Translations under genes and position numbers: made by a program
Origin: Candidatus Uhrbacteria bacterium
GTDB taxonomy: Bacteria > Patescibacteriota > Patescibacteriia > UBA9934 > GWF2-40-263
Length of the DNA: 64,000 bases
Direction: 5' to 3'
Assembly: GCA_026395055.1 (NCBI GenBank)
Contig: JAPLZK010000001.1
Coordinates: 17,527 to 81,526 of the forward strand
Notes under the pieces: model-generated
What the model was told of the DNA's origin: nothing
The model's input: only the letters and a program-made list of their open reading frames with translations
The model's database searches: none
Shown: positions 57,168-64,000 of the stretch, one piece after another
How the letters are laid out: each line of letters begins with the position of its first letter
Numbering within the stretch: position 1 is the first letter of the stretch

Positions 57168-58580
57168 CTAAGATGTGTATAAGCGCTGTTTGATGAGTTC
57201 AAGGTCGTGCTGAAGCTTTTCATCAGCGGTTAAGCATTCAGAAATTTTCTCGTAGGCGTGCATGGCGGTTGTGTGATCTCGGCCACCAAGTTCGTTTCCG
57301 ATAGATGGATAACTGGATTTCATTTCTTCCCGCATGAGATACATGATGATTTGACGAGGAAATGCGAGTTTTTTCTCACGACTTTTTCCAAGCAAGTCTT
57401 CGATACGAATATCAAAGTAGATTGATACGGTATGAATGAGTTGCTTTGGTGTTACGTTCTTCTTGAGTGAAGAAGGTTGAAAGCTGGTGAGAATTGGTTT
57501 AACCGTGTCGAGTGTTGGTCGAATGTTTTTGAATTGATGGAAAGCGATCACTTTATTGAGAGCACCTTCAAGTTCTCGCACGTTCGTCTGTACGACGGAT
57601 GCAATGTGATTCAGGATGTCGTGTTCAATTTGATAAACCTTTTCGCGACATTTTGATTCAAGAATAGCCACGCGCGTTTCAAAATCTGGGGATCCAACAT
57701 CCGCCATCATTCCTTGTTCGAGACGAGAGGATAGTCGTGCCTCAAGTGATGGAATGGCTTTTGGTGGGCGATCCGATGAGAATACGAGCTGTTTGTTGTT
57801 TTGAAAGAGTTGGTTGAATGTGTGGAAGAATTCTTCTTGTGTGCTCTCTTTTCCGCCAAGAAATTGAATGTCATCAATGAGAAGTGTATCCACCATTCGA
57901 TATCTGTTCTTAAAATCATTCATTTTTCCGGTACGAAGCGCTGAAACGTAATCATTTGTGAAACGTTCACACGTAATATAAAGAATGCGAAGGTTTGGGT
58001 TCTTTCGTAAGAGCTCATTTCCAATCGCTTGAAGCAAATGGGTTTTTCCAAGCCCAACTCCTCCGTAGATATAAAGAGGATTGTAAACGCCCCCCGGTTG
58101 ATTTGAGACCGCTTGAGCGGCGGCGTGAGCAAGTTCGTTTTGTTTTCCAACAATGAAGGTTTCAAAACAATATTTTCCATTTAAAGAAAACTCTCCTGTT
58201 CGATTTTCTTGAACGTCCGATGGTTGTTCGGTAAAAAAATCTTTTGGGGATTGTACGGGTTGTTCTGGAGCATGATAAACAGGTTGTGGTTCTGGTTTTC
58301 CTGCAACAGGAACCATTTGCGCCGGGATCTGACGTGTTTCAACACGGAATGTAATGTGTTTAATGTTTCCTCCTGTGTGCTCTTGCACAGACTTAATGAT
58401 TTCTTTCGCATGTTTTTTTTCAAGCCATGTCAATGTAAACATGTTTGGAACACCAACGGTAAGAGAGTGTTCTGAAATCTCTGAAATGAACGTGCTTTTA
58501 AACCACGTCGTGAAATTTGCTTTGCTAAGGGACAACTCGAGTTCCCCAAGAACAGCTTGCCAGAGTTCGATCGTGTTCAT
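57168..58580 (-). CDS. dnaA: chromosomal replication initiator DnaA
   Basis: AAA+ Walker A GGVGLGKTHLL; C-terminal DnaA-box-binding HTH (GGRDHTTAMHA). Confidence 0.95.
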   Translation of the reverse strand: MNTIELWQAVLGELELSLSKANFTTWFKSTFISEISEHSLTVGVPNMFTLTWLEKKHAKEIIKSVQEHTGGNIKHITFRVETRQIPAQMVPVAGKPEPQPVYHAPEQPVQSPKDFFTEQPSDVQENRTGEFSLNGKYCFETFIVGKQNELAHAAAQAVSNQPGGVYNPLYIYGGVGLGKTHLLQAIGNELLRKNPNLRILYITCERFTNDYVSALRTGKMNDFKNRYRMVDTLLIDDIQFLGGKESTQEEFFHTFNQLFQNNKQLVFSSDRPPKAIPSLEARLSSRLEQGMMADVGSPDFETRVAILESKCREKVYQIEHDILNHIASVVQTNVRELEGALNKVIAFHQFKNIRPTLDTVKPILTSFQPSSLKKNVTPKQLIHTVSIYFDIRIEDLLGKSREKKLAFPRQIIMYLMREEMKSSYPSIGNELGGRDHTTAMHAYEKISECLTADEKLQHDLELIKQRLYTS

Positions 58581-58816
58581 AACGACAATTTATGAGAAAA
58601 AACGATTCAAATACACGAGGTTGAATGTAAGATGTGTGTAAGTGTAACCATTTATCCACAAGTGGGCAAGTGTGCGAATTGTTCGTAAAGCCCTTGATAA
58701 GTTGTGGATAGCATGTTAGTATCTGTGTACTTGTCGTGGCTAGCCACCTATTGCAAAATTAGGTATAAAGCTGGTCACAGGAACCTGTTCACCCATCACA
58801 CGATTAATGTCGATCT
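58581..58816. promoter_or_regulatory. probable oriC (rpmH-dnaA intergenic region with consensus DnaA boxes)
   Basis: TTATCCACA at 58652-58660 and TGTGGATAG at 58703-58711 in opposite orientation; AT-rich stretch AAAATTAGGTATAAAG; canonical rpmH/dnaA synteny. Confidence 0.6.
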
Positions 58817-58969
58817 ATGCCAAAGCGAACCCACCAACCAAAGAAGCTCAAACGCGTAAGAACACACGGTTTTCTTAAGCGTATGAGCACAAAGAACGGC
58901 CGAGAAGTTATTGCTCGCCGTCGTGCAAAAGGACGTAAGCGCCTTGCGCCAAAAGCTACAAGTAAATAA
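58817..58969 (+). CDS. rpmH: 50S ribosomal protein L34
   Basis: [44 protein letters not shown]; 50 aa, below the track cutoff, found by manual translation. Confidence 0.9.
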   Translation: MPKRTHQPKKLKRVRTHGFLKRMSTKNGREVIARRRAKGRKRLAPKATSK

Positions 58970-58975
58970 ACCTCT

Positions 58976-59314
58976 GTGTTTCCTTCCGTAAACCGATTAC
59001 GTAACGAAAAAGATATCAAAACACTCTTCGCGAAAGGCAGGAGTGTTTTTGATGTCACACTCGGCATCCGGTTTGCCCCAAATAACCTACCAATGACTCG
59101 GTTTACAGTCGTTGTCGGGACGAAAATCTCGAAACGGGCGGTGGTGCGAAATCGTTTAAAGCGCAGAATTCGAGGAATCGTTGAAAAACGTCTTCTCGAG
59201 ATTAAGCCGGGGTTTGATGTCCTGTTTCTCGTAAAGAAGGAGACGATCGACCAGACACATAAGCAACTTGTTGAGCAGATTGAACGCATGTTTAAGCGCG
59301 CAAAACTCGTATGA
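58976..59314 (+). CDS. rnpA: ribonuclease P protein component
   Basis: Basic 112-aa protein with RnpA RNR motif region ([11 protein letters not shown]); GTG start 6 nt after the rpmH stop. Confidence 0.85.
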   Translation: MFPSVNRLRNEKDIKTLFAKGRSVFDVTLGIRFAPNNLPMTRFTVVVGTKISKRAVVRNRLKRRIRGIVEKRLLEIKPGFDVLFLVKKETIDQTHKQLVEQIERMFKRAKLV

Positions 59315-59571
59315 AGCTCCGATTTTGGATTGTTCCAAGTCTCATTGTTCTCTTTTTGATCCGACTCTATCAAAAAACCCTTTCATTTGATCATGGATTC
59401 ATGAAACTCTATTACCCAGACGGGTATTGTCGGTTTCATCCAACGTGTTCGGAGTATGGATACCACGCAATCGAGAAGCACGGCCTTATAAAAGGAGGAT
59501 GGCTCACGGTTGGGCGAATTATTCGTTGCAATCCATTCAATAAAGGAGGAATCGATGAGGTTCCAAACTAA
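59311..59571 (+). CDS. yidD: membrane protein insertion efficiency factor YidD
   Basis: [20 protein letters not shown] hemolytic-domain signature; overlaps the rnpA stop. Confidence 0.85.
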   Translation: MKLRFWIVPSLIVLFLIRLYQKTLSFDHGFMKLYYPDGYCRFHPTCSEYGYHAIEKHGLIKGGWLTVGRIIRCNPFNKGGIDEVPN

Positions 59572-59572
59572 A

Positions 59573-59632
59573 ATACCAACGAAATCGTTGGTATTTTAGT
59601 TATCCCCATTCGATGGGGCTATGGGGATAAGG
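59573..59632. terminator. tandem hairpins / bidirectional terminator
   Basis: AAATACCAACGA-AAT-CGTTGGTATTTT followed by TCCCCAT-TCGA-TGGGG. Confidence 0.55.
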
Positions 59633-59642
59633 TGTTGATAGT

Positions 59643-60362
59643 CTATTTATCCCAAAGCATCTCAAACATTTCCTTGAAAATATCCACCATACTTGGAACT
59701 TCGATAACAACCGCTAAAGCGGTTTGATCTGGGCTTACGATCAGGATTTTATCATCAAAGATATCCATTGTACTTTTAAATATGTGGTTCTTTGGCAGTA
59801 CTCGAACTTCTCGAAGCAACTTCTCATCATCAGGACTCGCTTTGACCGAGTCGGCTGAAAGCAGAATTCGTGTTTTTATTTTCGCATCCGCTCGATCGAA
59901 CCGAAACTTTTGAAAAAACTCAGGATTAATTCCCTCCCAAGCCGTCGCACTTCCGATCGCGTCGTAAGATTTTCCTTTATATTCAGCGAGAATGCCTGTG
60001 TAGAAACGCTCAAGCTCTTGTTTTGTCTCGATAAAACGTAGGCCTACACTCGAAACAGTTTGTTTCTCGACAGACTTTAGCTCTGGAATGATTGCATTGA
60101 ACGATTCGAGCCGCTTTTCGAACTGTCCAGCGACTTTGTCTGGCTTTTCTGCTCGATATAAACGCTTTGACTTGTGAAAATACGTAGAAGCAAAGCCTTT
60201 TTCATGCAAAGACTTGAGGATTGGATAGATTGTTGTCCGCTTCAAACCGACTTCCTTTGACAAAGCAATGGCATTTGCACCCCCAAATTTCAATAAAGCG
60301 AGGTAAGTTCGCGCCTCGTCTTCGGTTAGTCCGAGGGTTTGAAGAGTGGTTACGTGGGACAT
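59643..60362 (-). CDS. TrmB-family transcriptional regulator
   Basis: N-terminal winged HTH (LTEDEARTYLALLKFGGANAIALSKEVGLKRTTIYPILKSLHEKGF) plus C-terminal effector-like domain. Confidence 0.6.
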   Translation of the reverse strand: MSHVTTLQTLGLTEDEARTYLALLKFGGANAIALSKEVGLKRTTIYPILKSLHEKGFASTYFHKSKRLYRAEKPDKVAGQFEKRLESFNAIIPELKSVEKQTVSSVGLRFIETKQELERFYTGILAEYKGKSYDAIGSATAWEGINPEFFQKFRFDRADAKIKTRILLSADSVKASPDDEKLLREVRVLPKNHIFKSTMDIFDDKILIVSPDQTALAVVIEVPSMVDIFKEMFEMLWDK

Positions 60363-60371
60363 AAGGGGTGT

Positions 60372-60483
60372 TTGAGGTACAGATTACAGATATGGTTGAT
60401 ATACAGATAAAACAAATGGCCGATAATCTGGGCTTATTTCTAGAATCTGTATATCCGTATGCCGCCATCTGTAATCTGTACCT
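60372..60483. promoter_or_regulatory. nested inverted repeats in the TrmB-regulator upstream region (candidate operators)
   Basis: Outer GAGGTACAGATTACAGAT..GG / CCATCTGTAATCTGTACCTC (~20 bp); inner GATATACAGAT / ATCTGTATATC. Confidence 0.4.
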
Positions 60484-60580
60484 CAAGTATTTTATACTGT
60501 CAAAATTTTACAACGGAATTTGATTCTTGTCAAGCTTATACTAAATTTAGCCAAATTATTTATTAAATCCGTTTGGATCC

Positions 60581-60610
60581 ATTGACAAAAAGGCAAAAAT
60601 CGGGTATACT
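60581..60610 (+). promoter_or_regulatory. sigma-70-type promoter (TTGACA-17-TATACT)
   Basis: Consensus -35 TTGACA, 17-nt spacer, -10 TATACT; ~100-nt structured leader before the 60719 ATG. Confidence 0.55.
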
Positions 60611-60718
60611 GATGTTATCAAGAATGAGAGAGCGATCAAAGAGATTGCGACTCGCTTGAGGAGAGAGTTCATTCGAAACAACAAGTCCTGACGCAAAGCG
60701 ATCAGGCAAGGAGTTACT

Positions 60719-61144
60719 ATGGTTCGCATGATCACGATTCTGAACTTCGAAAACCTTGGGGATGTCACCGAGAAGCTGGCGCAGTGGTTGAATGGCTTGT
60801 CTCCAACTTCTTCGAAGCAGGCACTGTTACTGAAGGATGAAAAGAATTCCTGCACGGTTTTCATTGATGGACAGTATTTCAAGTGTCCCGAGCTTATCGG
60901 CTTCGAAAGCCGTGGTGGTTACAATGACGGCTGGGTCCAAGTTTGGATGTTCAAAAGCGAAATGGATAGTCGACAGCCCAGCATGTCAGATCTCTACTAC
61001 GAGTATGGGAATCGTGATTGGGAGGCTGTCGAGCTTGATTACCTCGATGAGCTCGATGTGGAAGGCGACGAAAACGTCCAAATGGAGCGTTGGCAGAATG
61101 AGGATCCGCAAGGATTCCATGAGTGGTTCAATCCCAACGAATAA
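60719..61144 (+). CDS. hypothetical acidic protein
   Basis: 141 aa; AAGGAG SD 7 nt upstream; Asp/Glu-rich C-terminus. Confidence 0.55.
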   Translation: MVRMITILNFENLGDVTEKLAQWLNGLSPTSSKQALLLKDEKNSCTVFIDGQYFKCPELIGFESRGGYNDGWVQVWMFKSEMDSRQPSMSDLYYEYGNRDWEAVELDYLDELDVEGDENVQMERWQNEDPQGFHEWFNPNE

Positions 61145-61148
61145 AATC

Positions 61149-61297
61149 TAACCCATCGCTCGGATTTGATCACACGACACTTCGTGATCTCCGAGTTGAT
61201 GGGTTCCCTTCTTGGATGATCAACATGGGTTGGTCGAACGAGAGTGGAGTGAATCGAAACAATAATGGCGGTTTGAGGATTGCCAAAAGGAACTACG
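61149..61297 (+). repeat. structured leader element, copy 1 (57-nt hairpin + ~90-nt conserved leader ending in SD)
   Basis: AACCCATCGCTCGGATTTGATCACACGACACTTCGTGATCTCCGAGTTGATGGGTT nested hairpin, then leader ending GATTGCCAAAAGGAACTACG-ATG. Confidence 0.6.
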
Positions 61298-61543
61298 ATG
61301 CGAAACGAAAATAAGGTCTGCGGAAACGACTGTCAAATCAGCGAACCGCACAAGGCACTTGAGGCATTTGAACGTGTGTGCGTTTGCGAAAAGCACGGTG
61401 CGTTTAAACGCGTCTATGAGCCCAATGGAATTTATCGGGGCTCATACGGTTGGAAAAAAATGTCCGACGAAAATCTTCAGATGTTTCTGGAGAGTAGTCG
61501 GCATGTTGAAGCATATTATGGGAAGTGTGTTTCTCGAGGTTGA
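61298..61543 (+). CDS. small Cys-containing hypothetical protein
   Basis: 81 aa from MRNENKVCGNDC; SD AAAAGGAA; CxxxC and CxC pairs. Confidence 0.5.
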   Translation: MRNENKVCGNDCQISEPHKALEAFERVCVCEKHGAFKRVYEPNGIYRGSYGWKKMSDENLQMFLESSRHVEAYYGKCVSRG

Positions 61544-61565
61544 TCTTGTAAGACACCTCAAGTCC

Positions 61566-61714
61566 TAACCCATCGCTCGGATTTGATCACACGACACTTC
61601 GTGATCTCCGAGCTGATGGGTTCCCCTTTTGCATGATCAACGTGTGTTGGTCAGGTGAACGTGGAACAAGTAGAAACAACAGTGGCGATCTAACGATTGC
61701 CAAAAGGAGTCAAT
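61566..61714 (+). repeat. structured leader element, copy 2
   Basis: Hairpin 56/57 identical to copy 1 (61567-61622); following ~90 nt about 65% identical; ends GATTGCCAAAAGGAGTCAAT-ATG. Confidence 0.6.
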
Positions 61715-61978
61715 ATGGCCAGCAAGCGTGGATTGCGAATTCGTGCGGCAAAAATTGCGGCGAGAGAAAAAGGGATGGTGATTGTGTTGAGGCCGAAATG
61801 GCGGGAGGACACAGAACCGTTCTGCAAGTGTGAACATCGAAACTGCCTTTGTTCCGATGGTGGTTGTGCTGTGTGCGACACCAAAATAAAGGTTGGTGAA
61901 TTCAGCTACTCGAACTACGATTCCAAAGAGGTTCGAAGGCAGAACGTGGCTGCGATGATTCCTTCTTACAATTGTTAA
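61715..61978 (+). CDS. small Cys-rich hypothetical protein
   Basis: 87 aa from MASKRGL; CKCEHRNCLCSDGGCAVCD cluster; SD AAAAGGAG. Confidence 0.5.
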   Translation: MASKRGLRIRAAKIAAREKGMVIVLRPKWREDTEPFCKCEHRNCLCSDGGCAVCDTKIKVGEFSYSNYDSKEVRRQNVAAMIPSYNC

Positions 61979-62035
61979 GGTTCTGAATTCGAAGTTTTCG
62001 TTTTGTATCACGAAGAGTTCGACGACGGAGCTGGC

Positions 62036-62260
62036 ATGAAGTATTGCGAGGCGATTCTTGTTTGCAAGACGTGTGGAAGCACGTATCTGCAGAACGAACA
62101 CACGCCCTATGCAGGATCACGAAAGTCATGTCAGGAAATTTCTTCTGAAGAAGCTGAGGGTTTTCTTCGTGGAAAACACAAAGCCGAACAAGATGAGATA
62201 CGAGAACAAGAGAAACGAAATCGTTTATTCGAAATGAGAATCAATTCAGTCTTTCAGTGA
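62036..62260 (+). CDS. small Cys-containing hypothetical protein
   Basis: 74 aa from MKYCEAILVCKTCGS with GGAG 7 nt upstream; the track ORF starts at TTG 62003. Confidence 0.4.
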   Translation: MKYCEAILVCKTCGSTYLQNEHTPYAGSRKSCQEISSEEAEGFLRGKHKAEQDEIREQEKRNRLFEMRINSVFQ

Positions 62261-62306
62261 GTCTGAAACTCGGATGATGTCACTTTATGACATCTTCTAA
62301 ACAAAC

Positions 62307-62340
62307 GGCGCGCACAGAATCAAATCTGTGCGCGCTATTT
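62307..62340 (+). terminator. rho-independent terminator
   Basis: GCGCGCACAGA-ATCAA-ATCTGTGCGCGC followed by TATTTT. Confidence 0.6.
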
Positions 62341-62366
62341 TATAACGTCACTCGCGAGTGACGTTA
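62341..62366 (-). terminator. terminator for the DUF167 gene
   Basis: ATAACGTCACTC-GCGA-GTGACGTTAT perfect 11-bp stem. Confidence 0.5.
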
Positions 62367-62581
62367 TTTATTTCCACCTGTTTTATTCGTGTCGTCTTCC
62401 CTCTCACAATCTCGATGCGAGACTTTGCAATGTCGAGATCGTTGGACAACACTTCAATCACCGCATCATTTGCCTTCCCCTTCTCCGCAATTGCCGTTAC
62501 GGATATCTTCACGGTCTCTTCATCGATCCATTCGATCTTGTTTTGTCGCGATCGAGGTTTTACGTGGACGGTGATAATCAT
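62348..62581 (-). CDS. DUF167 (YggU/UPF0235) family protein
   Basis: 77 aa; VHVKPRS ... IAEKGKANDAVIEVLS ... IVRGKTTRIKQVEI matches the DUF167 pattern. Confidence 0.6.
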   Translation of the reverse strand: MIITVHVKPRSRQNKIEWIDEETVKISVTAIAEKGKANDAVIEVLSNDLDIAKSRIEIVRGKTTRIKQVEINNVTRE

Positions 62582-62667
62582 AAATTCGAATATCGAATAA
62601 CGAAATCCGAAAACTCAAGCCTTTTTTGTTTATAGTTTTCGAATTTCGTTATTCGATATTCGAATTT
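62582..62667. repeat. 25-bp perfect inverted repeat with nested 8-bp IR, abutting the DUF167 start codon
   Basis: AAATTCGAATATCGAATAACGAAAT ... ATTTCGTTATTCGATATTCGAATTT; inner CGAAAACT / AGTTTTCG; loop contains CCTTTTTTG. Confidence 0.65.
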
Positions 62668-62672
62668 ATTTT

Positions 62673-63512
62673 TTATCCTCTCCACTTCTTCAACAACTTC
62701 ACTTCCCCTGCACGCTTCTCATCCATTGGCGTTTCAAGAAGCAAATCAAGATGCTGTAACTTTGGATGTTGCACAAACAACTTGATCGCGTCTTTGCCAA
62801 TGAGTCCATCGCCGATCGACTCGTGTCGATCTTTGTGTGAGCCCAATTCGACCTTTGAGTCGTTCAAGTGTGATGCAACTAATTTCTTCAACCCCACAAT
62901 CTTGTCGAATTTTTTTATCATTGTGTCGAGAAGCTCCGGTGTACGAAAATCGTATCCGCTTCCGAATGCATGTTGTGTGTCAAAACAAATACCAATTTCT
63001 TTTCCACGTTCTGCGCCGTCGAGAAAAGCCGCAAGTTCTTCGAATGAGTCGCCCATTACCGCTCCTGCACCCGCCGAGATTTCGATAAGCAATTGGCACG
63101 AACCTTTGTATCCATGCATGATTTTATTAAGCCCTTCGATCACAAGTTTCACTCCCGCCTCTTCTCCAACTTCTTTCGCCGACCCCGGATGAAACATCAT
63201 CCCCTTTACACCGAGCAAACTTCCACGCTCGAGTTCTTCACGCAAAATGCGAATCGAGTTTCCGCGAGTAGACGCTTTCTCGGACGCAAGGTTTGTGATG
63301 TATGGGCCGTGAATGTAACAGCTTTTGATTTTGTGTTCGATCATCGCATCTCGAAACATCTTTTGATCTTCCTCTGTAATATTTCGAACGTTCCCGCCTT
63401 GTGGCGGACGCGAAAAGAACTGGAAGGTTTCGCACCCAATTTCTCCCGCATTTTTGGGTCCATTGAATAATCCACCTGCTGCTGAAACGTGGGCACCGAC
63501 ATGCATATTGAA
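62673..63512 (-). CDS. nfo: endonuclease IV (AP endonuclease family 2)
   Basis: MHVGAHVSAAGG start, metal-binding His/Glu/Asp pattern (HGPY, HLNDSK); start at M29 of the track ORF. Confidence 0.85.
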   Translation of the reverse strand, partial: FNMHVGAHVSAAGGLFNGPKNAGEIGCETFQFFSRPPQGGNVRNITEEDQKMFRDAMIEHKIKSCYIHGPYITNLASEKASTRGNSIRILREELERGSLLGVKGMMFHPGSAKEVGEEAGVKLVIEGLNKIMHGYKGSCQLLIEISAGAGAVMGDSFEELAAFLDGAERGKEIGICFDTQHAFGSGYDFRTPELLDTMIKKFDKIVGLKKLVASHLNDSKVELGSHKDRHESIGDGLIGKDAIKLFVQHPKLQHLDLLLETPMDEKRAGEVKLLKKWRG

Positions 63513-63630
63513 AATGATATGTAGGGACAGGTCGCGACCTGTCCGACTATTAACAATAGAAGTATACGCAGAAATCCAGAAAAGAAAAAACCGCATCGCA
63601 AATGCGAGACGGTTGAGGTGCGGTCATGGT

Positions 63631-64000
63631 TTATGAATCACAGAGATTCGGAATGTTGTTTCTTGAGAGTGTGATGACGAGTGATTCTTCTGGTTGCACT
63701 TCATTTGATGAGAGAAGGCGAAACAAACCTTGTTCCGACGCTGCTTCACAGATGAGAGCGTTGTGTGTTGTAACAATGAACTGAACGCGCGGAAAATGTT
63801 TACACAACTGCGGTCCGAGTTTGGACACGATCGACGGGTGAAGCGCGAGCTCCGGTTCGTCGATGAGGACAACTCCAGGAACATCTACGATCGGATATCC
63901 GTTTGGAGATGTGATGGATGCTTTCGCGTCTCGCAGTAGCCACGACGTGAGTGAAGCCAAAAGGGCAACCGTGCGTTGCGTCGCTTTTGATTCCATATAA
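63631..64000 (-). CDS. AAA/ABC-type ATPase (AAA_21/OLD-like), C-terminal fragment
   Basis: Walker B LIDEPELALHP and H-loop FIVTTHN; N-terminus lies beyond the window. Confidence 0.55.
   Translation of the reverse strand, partial: YMESKATQRTVALLASLTSWLLRDAKASITSPNGYPIVDVPGVVLIDEPELALHPSIVSKLGPQLCKHFPRVQFIVTTHNALICEAASEQGLFRLLSSNEVQPEESLVITLSRNNIPNLCDS

Noticed and set aside
58804-59373. 189-aa minus-strand ORF
   Set aside because: Antisense to the canonical rpmH-rnpA genes, which were found by manual translation.
61149-61714. Possible CRISPR array (repeated hairpin-forming sequence)
   Set aside because: Only two copies, 417 bp apart; repeat is 57+ nt; each is followed by a homologous leader and an ORF with an SD; no cas genes.
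1-64000. Mobile-element hallmarks (transposase, integrase, attachment-site direct repeats) around the GC-rich island and the small-protein cluster
   Set aside because: No DDE/serine/tyrosine recombinase-like ORF and no flanking direct repeats found; mobility remains unproven.

Overview
This 64-kb window reads as bacterial chromosome from a small-genome, moderately low-GC organism using the standard genetic code; the Patescibacteria/CPR-like character is an inference, not a measurement. It contains the chromosomal replication origin. Core content: four tRNAs; rpmH-rnpA-yidD facing dnaA-dnaN with DnaA boxes in both flanking intergenic regions; ruvB, galU, a class A PBP, SpoIID, a D-Ala-D-Ala carboxypeptidase, a Wzx/Wzy-like pair, MntH, a P-type ATPase, a pnuC-nadR NAD salvage pair and a nifS-nifU-nfu-ferredoxin-ferredoxin reductase operon. 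Observations worth a second look: (1) a three-gene module made of an RnfD/NqrB-like membrane domain fused to an FNR-like FAD/NAD(P) reductase, ApbE, and a secreted FMN_bind protein carrying an ApbE-type flavinylation motif; it looks like a minimal extracytoplasmic flavin electron conduit with no other Rnf/Nqr subunits nearby. (2) A tandem array of five Sec-secreted small proteins sharing a C-terminal double-TM hairpin reminiscent of VirB2/TrbC pilins, one copy frameshifted, sitting next to a GC-rich 5-kb island. (3) Two homologous ~125-nt near-perfect hairpin elements that each abut the 5' end of a tRNA gene (tRNA-Leu and tRNA-Ser). (4) A duplicated, highly structured 57-nt hairpin plus ~90-nt conserved leader preceding two paralogous small Cys-rich ORFs. 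(5) A repeated 36-nt GC-hairpin+SD element at two distant loci. (6) Several unusually long perfect inverted repeats in intergenic regions. No CRISPR array, integrase or recognisable transposase was seen.
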